Positions 29,864-39,754 of a DNA stretch of 64,000 nucleotides are shown here, one piece after another. Positions within the stretch are counted from its first letter, which is position 1; every line of letters starts with the position of its first letter. Source of the DNA: Candidatus Thorarchaeota archaeon (GTDB taxonomy: Archaea > Asgardarchaeota > Thorarchaeia > Thorarchaeales > Thorarchaeaceae); contig PRDH01000047.1 in NCBI GenBank assembly GCA_003345545.1, positions 1 through 64,000 of the forward strand, written 5' to 3'. The position numbers and the translations under genes are program-made. The notes under the pieces were generated by a model. That model was given only the letters and a program-made list of their open reading frames with translations, ran no database searches and was not told where the DNA came from.

Positions 29864-30091
29864 AGTGCTGACACTGAGAAAGGAATCTACAAAAGAAGAA
29901 CCTACGAAGAGTTTGAGGGGCTATGTAAGTCGTTGATGACATATGCAGTCCAATCCATGCGCAAAGGAACAGCTCAGACAAAATTCATCGACCGGTTTTC
30001 AATGACCCGGATAGAAGGCGTTATACGCAATTGAGCTGCCGCCAATGTCTCAAGTATTGAGTAAAGAAACTGGTTTCTCAGAGGCGGGCCA

Positions 30092-30973
30092 ATGTTGGAT
30101 TACAAAGTGCGTCGAGTTGTTGAGTCTGATAGAGTAGACATACTTGAGATGGCGAGAAGAACATGGGGGGGTCATGACTACATGCCAGCCCAGCTTCACG
30201 GCTGGATGAGGAGCCGTAAGTGCCGTCTTGTTGGCATAGAAGTGAAAGACCACCTCGTAGGAATGGCGAACCTGCACTTGATCGACTTAGGAAAGACGGG
30301 CTGGATGGAAGGACTTCGAGTACATCCCAAGTACCGAAAGAAGGGACTAGCTCGAGTATTGACGCAGGCGCTCGTGAACGAAGGCATCGAGGCAGGTGTT
30401 GAAAGACTGAGATACACCACTGATTCATCAAACTCAGCCTCGATCAGCCTTGCACACGGAATAGGGATGAACGTCAAGACCAAGATGGGCGTCTTTTGGA
30501 AAGGGAGCCTGAAGAGAGTAAAACGCGGAGGTGTGAGAGAGCCTCCTGTGCCTGTTAGGCCAGCGTCTGCAAGGGCTCTGCTCAAGGAAGCAGGGACGCT
30601 ATTCTCGGATCGTCTGATTGTCCATGATTGGAAGGCATATGATTTCAGCGCGGAAGGAATCGCCCAAGTTGTCAAGCAATCAGAAGTCTACATAGGCAGG
30701 AAGGAAGGCAAGATTGATTCGGTGACATTTGGGACCGAGAGGGTTGAAGGAGGCGAGGGTGGATGGTCAATCACGATATACGCAGAATCTCAGCAAGCCT
30801 TCCTCCAGGCAGTCTACTCACAGATACTGCTGGCCAAAGAGAAGGTCAGCCCCTTCGTGATGGGAATCTACCCGATGCAATTCCGGGACATATTGCTTGA
30901 GCAGCGATGGATTCCAAAGTGGACACAGGATTTCGCAATCCTCCTCTTTGAAAAGGACATGAGACCAAGATAG
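30092..30973 (+). CDS. GNAT family N-acetyltransferase
   Basis: GWMEGLRVHPKYRKKGLA (motif A), N.AS. Confidence 0.9.
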   Translation: MLDYKVRRVVESDRVDILEMARRTWGGHDYMPAQLHGWMRSRKCRLVGIEVKDHLVGMANLHLIDLGKTGWMEGLRVHPKYRKKGLARVLTQALVNEGIEAGVERLRYTTDSSNSASISLAHGIGMNVKTKMGVFWKGSLKRVKRGGVREPPVPVRPASARALLKEAGTLFSDRLIVHDWKAYDFSAEGIAQVVKQSEVYIGRKEGKIDSVTFGTERVEGGEGGWSITIYAESQQAFLQAVYSQILLAKEKVSPFVMGIYPMQFRDILLEQRWIPKWTQDFAILLFEKDMRPR

Positions 30974-31063
30974 ATCTGAGTCATGAGCCGCGCAGAGAAG
31001 ACAAACCAGTCTATTCAGTGATGTCAAGTCAGACTTATTAGAAAGCTCGGAACTTGAAGGTGT

Positions 31064-31717
31064 ATGCGTCCCAGATGCATAGCACTGCTATTGATTGTTA
31101 TTCTCGGAGCTGGAGTTCTTATTGGTCTCTATGGACTGCAAAACAACCTATTCACAACCTTCGACCCCGGAGATCGTTACCAATCAGAGCGACTGGACTA
31201 CATGGGTGTGATCTATGCGAACAGGTCGAACCAGTATGGCTTCTTCGAGGGATACAGTGAAACAAGCAGCTGTCCGTGGGGATTCATCCACAGAGGCATC
31301 GATTACTTCTTCATAAACAACACTGAGGTCATTGCCGCTGCTCCAGGTTGTGTCGAACAAGTTTTCTGGCGTGTCAATCCAAATGCAACATTGAACATGT
31401 ACAATATCTACGTGTGGATTCGGTTCAATGCATCCATTATTCTGTATTATACTTTCGAGCCATTCACCCATGTTGAAGGAGACCAAGATAGACAGCTGGC
31501 AATGCTGAGTGTTCAGGTTGGCGACTGGGTGATGAAGGGAAGTGTCATCGGTCGATTTCTATATGTGGAAGACGCAGCACACATTGATTTTAGCGTCCGA
31601 AACGGTGAGGTAGCGTACGATCCTGAGCCCTTCTTTGGCTCTAGCGACCATGATGAAATCATGGGACTCATTAATGACTACCACCCAGGGTGGAATCTAT
31701 CATATACTGCGCCCTAG
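31064..31717 (+). CDS. Membrane-anchored M23/LytM-like protein, possibly degenerate
   Basis: N-terminal TM; HRGID, VIAAAPGCV, VQVGDWV.KG.VIG; HID in place of HxH. Confidence 0.7.
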   Translation: MRPRCIALLLIVILGAGVLIGLYGLQNNLFTTFDPGDRYQSERLDYMGVIYANRSNQYGFFEGYSETSSCPWGFIHRGIDYFFINNTEVIAAAPGCVEQVFWRVNPNATLNMYNIYVWIRFNASIILYYTFEPFTHVEGDQDRQLAMLSVQVGDWVMKGSVIGRFLYVEDAAHIDFSVRNGEVAYDPEPFFGSSDHDEIMGLINDYHPGWNLSYTAP

Positions 31718-31887
31718 TTGCCTTTCGAGTCAACAAAGGCTCGGTTTATTGATTTGCCATGGTCCATGTGTCAGGGCTCGCACAAAGGACACCATAAGGC
31801 TCCTGCTTATATAGGTGAGAGGAACTACAAGGAGCTACTTCTTGAATTTGCGATTCATTCGCTTTGCAAGGAGGAGGACTATTACCG

Positions 31888-33531
31888 ATGAATAAGAATC
31901 AGACTATCGCGATAGCTCTCATCGTCATCATCGTAGTTGGCGCCGCTGGTGTGTATCTAATCATGTTCCCACCAGGACCGACTGTACCTACGATTGTCAT
32001 AGGTACTACAGACTCTGTTGAGTCTAATCTGGACATGGCGCTGGCTTACGACTACTTTGGATGGGAGATGATCATTGCACTGAGCTCAGGCTTAGTGGAA
32101 ATAGAACCCGGCTCTGAAGCTGGGGCGGAAGATATAGAACCTGCATTGGCTACGGACTGGATAGCGACTGGAGGAGGAACAATCTGGGACTTCGAACTTA
32201 GAGAGAACGTCACATTCCCTGATGGTCGTGAGTTCAACGCAACGGATGTGAAGTACACATTCGATAGGAACTGCAACCTGACAGGAGTAGGTCTCTTTGA
32301 GCTTGATGGGCCACAACTCAATATGGAGTACAATGCTGTAATCAAGAACGTGACCATCATTAGCGAGTTCGTTGTTCGCTTCTATCTGTGGATACCATTC
32401 GCACCATTCCTGCAACTCATGTCCTGTGCTGCATCCTACATGGTAGACAGGGCAGTTGCACCAATGGATGCTCTTCTCGGATACGCAAACACTACACAGA
32501 CCCCCTGTGCATTAGGTCCGTACCTGCTCGACGAGTGGGTCAGGATAGGCGGTAGTGATGACCACGTCACTCTCGTCAAGAACCCTGACTACTGGAATGC
32601 CGCTGCAGGATATCCCAAGACTGACAGAATCATCATCAAGATGTACGCCAGCGATACCGCACTTGCGTCAGCAATGACAGCAAAAGAGATTGATATTGCA
32701 TATAGGCAGCTCACAGCAAGCCAGATCAATGCCTTCAAGGCAGACGCTTCAGTTAAGGTCTGGGAAGGTATTGGTGCTCAGATTCAATACCTCTGTTTCA
32801 ACCAGGATGTACATCCATACGATGAAACAGCTGTCAGGCAAGCACTCGCTGCTGGCATCAACAGAACTCATGTCTGTGCGAGCGTGTTCCTAGGAACATT
32901 CGATCCACTCTACAGCATGATTCCGCAGGGAATGGCATACGCAAACACTGCATTCAACAAGTGGGAGTACAACAAGACGTTGGTTGCTCAGCTCCTAGCA
33001 CCTTTTGGCTACAACAACGTGACCAAGCTAAAGCTCAATATGACCTATGAGAGCTCTGGACACTACCCACAGAGTGCACAACAAGCGCTTGTATACGAGC
33101 AGGACTGGGAAGACACTGGCGTGATTGATGTCACACTCTATGGTCTTGACTGGCCAAGCTACAAGGTCGCCAGAGATGCGGGATCTTTGAATGTCTTCAT
33201 GTACGGATGGTATCCAGACTTCATCGACCCAGACAACTATGAGTTCCTGCCATTCGCAGCTTGGCTGAACATGGGCTACAACAGCACTTATCCTGCTGGC
33301 GGTATAGCTCAGTACAACCTTTGGGTTCAGGGAAGAAGTGCGACAAATGATACTGCACGACAGGCTGCGTATGTTGCACTCCAGAATCTCCAAGCAGATG
33401 AATGCTCAGTTGTTCCACTCTGGCAGAGCAGCACTGTTGCAGTGTCTAAGTTAAGCATCAAGGGTGTTGTTCTGGACATTACAGTCAACTGGCGTAATTG
33501 GCTGCTCTACATTGAAACACCCACAACATAA
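31888..33531 (+). CDS. dppA: Peptide ABC transporter substrate-binding protein (family 5)
   Basis: PALATDW, FELRENVTFPDG..NATDVKYTFDR, GWYPDFIDPDNY; N-terminal anchor; many N-x-S/T sequons. Confidence 0.93.
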   Translation: MNKNQTIAIALIVIIVVGAAGVYLIMFPPGPTVPTIVIGTTDSVESNLDMALAYDYFGWEMIIALSSGLVEIEPGSEAGAEDIEPALATDWIATGGGTIWDFELRENVTFPDGREFNATDVKYTFDRNCNLTGVGLFELDGPQLNMEYNAVIKNVTIISEFVVRFYLWIPFAPFLQLMSCAASYMVDRAVAPMDALLGYANTTQTPCALGPYLLDEWVRIGGSDDHVTLVKNPDYWNAAAGYPKTDRIIIKMYASDTALASAMTAKEIDIAYRQLTASQINAFKADASVKVWEGIGAQIQYLCFNQDVHPYDETAVRQALAAGINRTHVCASVFLGTFDPLYSMIPQGMAYANTAFNKWEYNKTLVAQLLAPFGYNNVTKLKLNMTYESSGHYPQSAQQALVYEQDWEDTGVIDVTLYGLDWPSYKVARDAGSLNVFMYGWYPDFIDPDNYEFLPFAAWLNMGYNSTYPAGGIAQYNLWVQGRSATNDTARQAAYVALQNLQADECSVVPLWQSSTVAVSKLSIKGVVLDITVNWRNWLLYIETPTT

Positions 33532-33550
33532 GCGCATACGAATCCAGGAA

Positions 33551-33587
33551 GAGCAGGCTTCTCCGCCTGCTCCCTTGTTTTTTTTTT
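33551..33587 (+). terminator. Hairpin plus poly-T terminator/attenuator between dppA and dppB
   Basis: GAGCAGGC-TTCTCC-GCCTGCTC followed by a T10 tract. Confidence 0.8.
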
Positions 33588-33715
33588 CTCCCCGTGGTTT
33601 AGTTCAATTGAAGTCTGTCTTTTTGTGATATTCGAATTCTTTCGTCATTCGAAGAGCTTAAGTCTTTGAATAAAGCAGATTTCTGTGCTCTGTGCCTAGC
33701 ATTTGGGTGATTGAG

Positions 33716-34726
33716 TTGACTCTAAAGACGTATGTGACTAGCAGAATCCTTCTCACCATTCCAATGATTCTCCTTCTGTTCACGTTTGTGTTCATAATTG
33801 TGAGAATCCTGCCTGGGGATCCTGCTGCAGCCCACTTTGAGAAATCTGTTGATCCATTGGTTCTACAAGAATTCAGACATCGTCTTGGGCTGGATGCGGA
33901 TCCGTTTACTCAGTATTTCGCCTACCTCGGAGGCATTCCATTTGGCAACTTCGGGCTGTCCATGCAGGACTTCTCACCTATTAGCAGCCACATAGCAATT
34001 AGATTTCCAGCAACCCTTGAACTGACGATTTACGCTATGCTCTTTGCTGTCCTCTTTGGAGTGGCTCTTGGTGTCCAATCAGCAAAGAAATACGACACAG
34101 TGCAAGATCATGGCATCAGATTCTTTGGAATAGTCACCTATGCAATCCCTGTCTTCTTTCTCGGTATGATTCTTCAGTTCATATTCTCAATCTGGCTTGG
34201 TTTCCTGCCAACAGGAACTCGCTTTGACCCCCGCTACGATGCGCCTACAACAATCACAGGCCTGTATACGATCGACAGTCTCTTAACGGGCAATATTCAG
34301 GCGTTCGTCATCTCCATCAGGTATCTTCTACTACCATCTATCACTTTGGGCCTTATCCTTTGCGGGATATTCATTCGGCTCACGAGAACTAACATGCTCG
34401 AGACTCTAAGAATGGACTTCGTCGTGGCAGCAGAGGCGCGCGGATTATCGGAAGCGAAGGTCACATATGGCTATGCATTGAAGAATGCGTTCCTTCCAAT
34501 TCTTACAATGATAGGACTGCAATTTGCTGCACTACTAGCAGGCGCTATTCTCACAGAAACTACATTCAGCTGGCCAGGGCTTGGTACGTACCTTGTACAA
34601 CGCATCAACCATAGAGACTATACGGCGATTCAGGGAGTTGTCGTGTTCTTTGGTATTCTTGTCAGTCTGGTCACGCTGTTTGTTGACATTCTATACGCGT
34701 ATTTGGATCCACGAATTAGACTGTAG
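33716..34726 (+). CDS. dppB: Peptide ABC permease DppB
   Basis: LPGDP, RFPATLEL, EAA loop AEARGL, TETTFSWPGLG, DPRIR. Confidence 0.95.
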   Translation: MTLKTYVTSRILLTIPMILLLFTFVFIIVRILPGDPAAAHFEKSVDPLVLQEFRHRLGLDADPFTQYFAYLGGIPFGNFGLSMQDFSPISSHIAIRFPATLELTIYAMLFAVLFGVALGVQSAKKYDTVQDHGIRFFGIVTYAIPVFFLGMILQFIFSIWLGFLPTGTRFDPRYDAPTTITGLYTIDSLLTGNIQAFVISIRYLLLPSITLGLILCGIFIRLTRTNMLETLRMDFVVAAEARGLSEAKVTYGYALKNAFLPILTMIGLQFAALLAGAILTETTFSWPGLGTYLVQRINHRDYTAIQGVVVFFGILVSLVTLFVDILYAYLDPRIRL

Positions 34727-34737
34727 GTGAATGCTAG

Positions 34738-36036
34738 ATGACTCAGAAGAACATCATGGGTGGCATTTTCATTCACCTAAGACCGTCAAAGGAGACTTTT
34801 CAAGAACGCTCAATGAAATGGTGGATCACATTTGTCGTGATCGTGGCAGGAACAGCAGTAGTTCTCGCAGGACTAGTATTCCTGGCCGCTATTTCGAGAA
34901 GCGGGATAGGCCTGCAAGTGGTCAGCTGTACTTTCATCTTCGGGGTCATCATCCTGATAACAGGTGCAGCACGTAGAGGGATGATACACGAACAAAGGCT
35001 CACGATTCGTCAAGGCAACATCCTGCTTGTGTTAGTGTCTGCGATTCTTGTTGCTATCATGGCAGAGGTTGGATACATCACAATTGCGGACCCCGTTTTG
35101 AGAGCAAGTCTACCTGAAGCTATGAGGGGTTCGAGTCTCTCGACCTCTCTGGTATTGGGGGGAGTACTATTCTCTCTCATTATCCTACTACTCTATGAGG
35201 GATATCCAATACTCAGTCACAGGGGTTCTCCGGGTTTTGTCGCCATGTCTGGGCTGTTGATAGTATTCGCGATTGTATACATGACCGCTGTCTCTTGGTG
35301 GATTGTTCCCTATGACCCGACTAGGCTCGATGTGGGCCCATATGGAGGCGCTCCATCGCTTCAATTTCCGCTAGGGACCACGGCTCTTGGACAGGACCTT
35401 TTGAGCAGAGTGATCTCAGGAGGGGGAATAATGCTCCAAGTAGCGATAATTTCGGTGGCTGTGTGTTTCTCAATCGGCGTGCCTATGGGTCTTGCCGCAT
35501 CATACAGAGGAGGTCTTCCCGATAGAGCAGTATCCCTCGTCATGGATAGTATCTTCGCATTTCCGGGCCTTGTTTTAGCTATTGCGATTGCAGCCATATT
35601 GGGTCCGGGCGTCACGAATATGGCAATGGCAATTGCTGTAGTCTATATACCATCGTACTTCAGAGTAGTCCGGAGTCAGGTGCTAACAATCAAGGAGCTT
35701 CCCTACATTGAAGCAGCTATTGTCATGGGAGCAAGGAATCGAGACATCATCTTCCGGTATATCTTGCCTAATATCCTACCATCTGCAGTAGTAGTCATGT
35801 CGATCAATTTTGCTGATGCAGTTCTTACTGCGGCAGGCCTGACTTTTGTGGGTCTTGGTCTTCCAGTCGATGTGCCAGATTGGGGATGGGACTTAACCTT
35901 TGGTTCCCACGAATACGTTACAGGCAAGTGGTGGAGCATCACTTTTCCAGGACTCATGATAGTCGTATTAGCACTGGGCTTCACACTGGCTGGAGAAGGG
36001 CTTAATGAAGTGCTGACTCCCAAGCTCAAGGAGTGA
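34738..36036 (+). CDS. dppC: Peptide ABC permease DppC with extra N-terminal TM domain
   Basis: PLGTTALGQDL, FAFPGLVLA, YIEAAIVMGA, PDWG. Confidence 0.93.
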   Translation: MTQKNIMGGIFIHLRPSKETFQERSMKWWITFVVIVAGTAVVLAGLVFLAAISRSGIGLQVVSCTFIFGVIILITGAARRGMIHEQRLTIRQGNILLVLVSAILVAIMAEVGYITIADPVLRASLPEAMRGSSLSTSLVLGGVLFSLIILLLYEGYPILSHRGSPGFVAMSGLLIVFAIVYMTAVSWWIVPYDPTRLDVGPYGGAPSLQFPLGTTALGQDLLSRVISGGGIMLQVAIISVAVCFSIGVPMGLAASYRGGLPDRAVSLVMDSIFAFPGLVLAIAIAAILGPGVTNMAMAIAVVYIPSYFRVVRSQVLTIKELPYIEAAIVMGARNRDIIFRYILPNILPSAVVVMSINFADAVLTAAGLTFVGLGLPVDVPDWGWDLTFGSHEYVTGKWWSITFPGLMIVVLALGFTLAGEGLNEVLTPKLKE

Positions 36037-36042
36037 TCAACT

Positions 36043-37065
36043 GTGTTAGAGAGTGAGAATAACCTTCTTGAGATCAGAGATTTGTCAGTGGAATACAAAA
36101 CGCGAAGGGGTGTAGCTAAAGGCGTCGATGCAATATCGTTGAATGTTCCAGAGAATAAGACTCTCGGTGTTGCCGGAGAGAGCGGTTGTGGCAAAAGCAC
36201 CCTTGGCAGGGCAATCATGCGGCTTGTGGCTTATCCAGGGCGAATCATCAGTGGCGACATCATATTCAACATAGAGGAGGATATCGTGACAAGTAATGCC
36301 ACCATCAAAAGAGGACAGGTTAACCTTCTGAAGTTGAACGAGAAAGAGATGAGGGCTATCCGTGGAAAGGAGATTTCGTACATTTTCCAAGATCCCATGA
36401 CTTCCTTGAATCCGATGGCCACTGTTGGCACGCATTTCATCGAGATTATGAAAGCCCATGACCCTACAATCGAGGATGAGAAGGCCATTGATAGAGCGAA
36501 AAAGATACTCATCGGCTTAGGTATCAATCCTGAAAGAGTGACCGACTATCCCCATCAATTCAGTGGGGGAATGAGACAGCGAGTCATGATCGGTCTTGCT
36601 CTTGCCCTAAAACCCAAGCTACTAATCGCTGATGAGCCTACGACCTCTCTCGATGTAATAGTCGAAGCGCAAATACTTGAGGAAATTGCTGCTCTCAAGG
36701 ACAAGTTCAATCTCACGATGATTCTCATAACGCACAATCTGGGGGTCCTTGCCCAGACAGCCGATAATATCGCCATCATGTACACAAGCAGAGTGGTGGA
36801 ATTGTCGCCAACACTGGACTTATTCGAGAAACCCCTCCATCCATATGCGCAAGCCCTGCTTCAATCCGTTCCCGACGTCACGCATCCCGAGAAGCAACTT
36901 GCCTGGATTCCTGGTGCTCCTCCAGACCTAGTCAATCCACTCCCAGGATGTATGTATCATCCAAGATGCCCCCATGCGATGGATATCTGCACACAGATTG
37001 TACCGCCACTGGTCGAAGTAGAGCCTGGAAGACTCGTGGCATGCCATCTCTACCTGGAGGGATAA
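36043..37065 (+). CDS. dppD: Peptide ABC ATPase DppD
   Basis: GESGCGKS, FSGGMRQR, ADEPT, HPY and C-terminal 4-Cys domain. Confidence 0.95.
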   Translation: MLESENNLLEIRDLSVEYKTRRGVAKGVDAISLNVPENKTLGVAGESGCGKSTLGRAIMRLVAYPGRIISGDIIFNIEEDIVTSNATIKRGQVNLLKLNEKEMRAIRGKEISYIFQDPMTSLNPMATVGTHFIEIMKAHDPTIEDEKAIDRAKKILIGLGINPERVTDYPHQFSGGMRQRVMIGLALALKPKLLIADEPTTSLDVIVEAQILEEIAALKDKFNLTMILITHNLGVLAQTADNIAIMYTSRVVELSPTLDLFEKPLHPYAQALLQSVPDVTHPEKQLAWIPGAPPDLVNPLPGCMYHPRCPHAMDICTQIVPPLVEVEPGRLVACHLYLEG

Positions 37066-37068
37066 TGT

Positions 37069-38046
37069 ATGGCACTCATTGAGTTTAGAAAAGTAAAGAA
37101 GTTCTTCCCTGTACAGATGGGCTTCATTAGCTCTCTGATATCAAAGAATCAAGAGTATGTTAGAGCTGTAGATGGAATCTCATTCGAAATCAGGAAGGGA
37201 GAGGTTTTGGGGCTCGCTGGAGAGAGCGGCTCCGGAAAGACAACTACTGGCAGACTGGCGGTAAGGCTTCTGCAACCCACAGAGGGTGAGATCATCTATG
37301 ATGGACAGGATATTGCCTTTCTCAAGGGACAACAACTACGCCTGCTCAGAAGGCGTCTGCAGTTCACATTCCAGGATCCCACTTCGTCGCTCAACCCAAG
37401 GATGAAGGTAGGAGACGCTATTGCTGATGCTTTGAGACTTCAGGGCATTGGAACGAAGACAGAGAGAAAGGAGAGAGCTGAGGAAACGCTGGATAAAGTA
37501 GGTCTCTCTCCACCTAGCTCATTCTATGAACGACTTCCTCATCAGCTGAGCGGCGGCCAAAAACAACGCGTGGTCTTTGGCAGGGCAATCATCCTCAAAC
37601 CTGAATTCATCGTGACAGACGAGCCAGTAGCAATGGTGGATGTTTCAATTAAGGCACAGATTCTGAACCTGATGACAGAATTGAAGAAAGAACTCAACTT
37701 GACCTACCTATTCATCAGTCACGACCTAGCGACAGCCAGGCATGTCTGCGATAGGATTGCAATCATGTATCTTGGGCAAATCATCGAGGTTGCGGACAGG
37801 GACAGCATCTATGAAGATCCTCTTCATCCCTATTCAGTTGGTCTAATGAGCGCGATACCAGTGCCGAATCCGAGAGCTCAGAAGAACGAGGCAGTCCCGC
37901 GTGGAGAGATACCCAGTCCCATCAACCCGCCAAGTGGATGTAGATTTCATCCTAGATGCCCAAGGGCTTTTGAGAAGTGTCCGCTTGAAGTGCCAGAACT
38001 GAAAGAAGTGTCCGATGGCCGAATGGTCGCATGTCATCTCTACTGA
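37069..38046 (+). CDS. dppF: Peptide ABC ATPase DppF
   Basis: [32 protein letters not shown]. Confidence 0.95.
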   Translation: MALIEFRKVKKFFPVQMGFISSLISKNQEYVRAVDGISFEIRKGEVLGLAGESGSGKTTTGRLAVRLLQPTEGEIIYDGQDIAFLKGQQLRLLRRRLQFTFQDPTSSLNPRMKVGDAIADALRLQGIGTKTERKERAEETLDKVGLSPPSSFYERLPHQLSGGQKQRVVFGRAIILKPEFIVTDEPVAMVDVSIKAQILNLMTELKKELNLTYLFISHDLATARHVCDRIAIMYLGQIIEVADRDSIYEDPLHPYSVGLMSAIPVPNPRAQKNEAVPRGEIPSPINPPSGCRFHPRCPRAFEKCPLEVPELKEVSDGRMVACHLY

Positions 38047-38168
38047 GTCATAGTCAGTGCAGATAATCAGTACGAGCCACCCCGGACTTGCTGCCCACTT
38101 CATTATTCTGCCCCTCGCACTGAAAGAATAAATGGACCTGTGTACACCAAACGGGCGGGATAAATGCA

Positions 38169-39743
38169 GTGACAGAACTAGAAACAAGGATATCCAAGGT
38201 ATCTATCTTTCGAGATGGCGCGAGAGTCACGCGTGTAGGCAAGGCACACCTTGGAAAAGGTGCGCAGAGAGTCACGGTCGGCAAGATTACTGAGCTTGCA
38301 CAAAGGGATAGCTTTCGAGTAAAAGGCAGAGGACCCGCGAAGCTCTCCAGTATTGATGTGCAGCAAGTGTCGCAGGTCTATGAGCCATCCGAGGACGTGA
38401 AACCTCTGCATGAGGAACTGAAGCAGCTCCAAAAACAATATGATGAAACCAAGGATGAGATCGAGTTTCATAACGCGAAACTAGCGAATCTCAAGAGTAT
38501 GACCACGGAGTTTTCCAATCACTTTGGACTAGTATATGCTGCAAATGAGGGAGAAATAACACAGCTCACGGAGATGGACAAGAAATCCTCCAAGCTGATG
38601 CTCGACACTCAGAGGACAATGAGAGAACTGGAGGATAAGCTGCAAGAGATAACCAAGAAGATTGAAGTGGTGAGAGCGAACATAGGAAGAATCGGTTCTG
38701 TGCGAAGAACAGAGATGACAAACACTGTTGAGGTCGCTCTTGAGGTGTCTGAGGAAGCAGACATTGAACTGGACATCACTTATCAAACGCAGAATGCTCA
38801 TTGGCTACCAATCTACGATGTAGATCTTCGTCCAGGAGATTCCAAATTACGCAGAATGGCGCTTCTCTACAATCGGACCGGGGAGGACTGGAATAAGGTC
38901 GATATTGTAGTGTCGACAGCCACAGCAAGGCCAATTGAGGCCATCGAACCAACTCCATACTATGTTGGGGTATATGATCCGGCAGAAGAACGCGCGAGAA
39001 TCGACTCACGTAAAATGAAGAGGGCGCTCGCTATGCCATCAGCTGCACCAATGGCTGCAAAGGCGGTGGCTCCGCCAGCTCCGCCTCCAGAAATCGAAGA
39101 AGAATTCGCAGAGCCAACAGAGACCATCTCCGGGATTGCTACCTACGAACTCCCGAAGCCTGTCAGTATTCCCTCAGATAATGAGAAACATCCAGTGACG
39201 CTGTTTGAAGAGAGTCTAAGCTCTGAAACTGTACACTATTGGTACGCTGAGGGAATGGCCGAGGTGGTTGCACAAGACAAGGTTACAAACGCCGACAATG
39301 TGATCCTGCCAGGAACGGTCAGGGTCTATGCTGAGGGAGATTACATAGGAGAAACTACTCTTCCTCAGATATCGCCCAGAGAGTCGTTCAAGATTGGAAC
39401 CCGTATTGCACAGGATGTCAAGGCAGAGAAGAAACTCACTCATCGAGAAGTTGAGAAAGCTGGCGTGACGCACGGGAAACTGAAACGCTCGTACGGCTAT
39501 CGTCTTGAGATACAGAGCTTCTCAAAGCATGCAATAGAGATTGACATCTTTGACAGGATCCCCCACAGTCTCAATCCTGTCATTGAAGTCAAAGTCGACT
39601 GGGAGAAGACTGGAACAAAGAGTCAGAACCTGGGTGTTGCTGAGTGGCATAGGACAATCCAGCCGAATCAGAAAGCAATGGTCGAGTATGAGTACGATGT
39701 ATCTTGGGAGAAAGGAGTCACAATTCATCCGCCGCTACCATAG
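38169..39743 (+). CDS. DUF4140/DUF4139 (MuiA-like) protein, copy 1
   Basis: ISKVSIFRDGARVTR, coiled coil, W.P.YD, NRTGEDW, VSTA, DRIP. Confidence 0.9.
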   Translation: MTELETRISKVSIFRDGARVTRVGKAHLGKGAQRVTVGKITELAQRDSFRVKGRGPAKLSSIDVQQVSQVYEPSEDVKPLHEELKQLQKQYDETKDEIEFHNAKLANLKSMTTEFSNHFGLVYAANEGEITQLTEMDKKSSKLMLDTQRTMRELEDKLQEITKKIEVVRANIGRIGSVRRTEMTNTVEVALEVSEEADIELDITYQTQNAHWLPIYDVDLRPGDSKLRRMALLYNRTGEDWNKVDIVVSTATARPIEAIEPTPYYVGVYDPAEERARIDSRKMKRALAMPSAAPMAAKAVAPPAPPPEIEEEFAEPTETISGIATYELPKPVSIPSDNEKHPVTLFEESLSSETVHYWYAEGMAEVVAQDKVTNADNVILPGTVRVYAEGDYIGETTLPQISPRESFKIGTRIAQDVKAEKKLTHREVEKAGVTHGKLKRSYGYRLEIQSFSKHAIEIDIFDRIPHSLNPVIEVKVDWEKTGTKSQNLGVAEWHRTIQPNQKAMVEYEYDVSWEKGVTIHPPLP

Positions 39744-39754
39744 GAGGCTAATCA

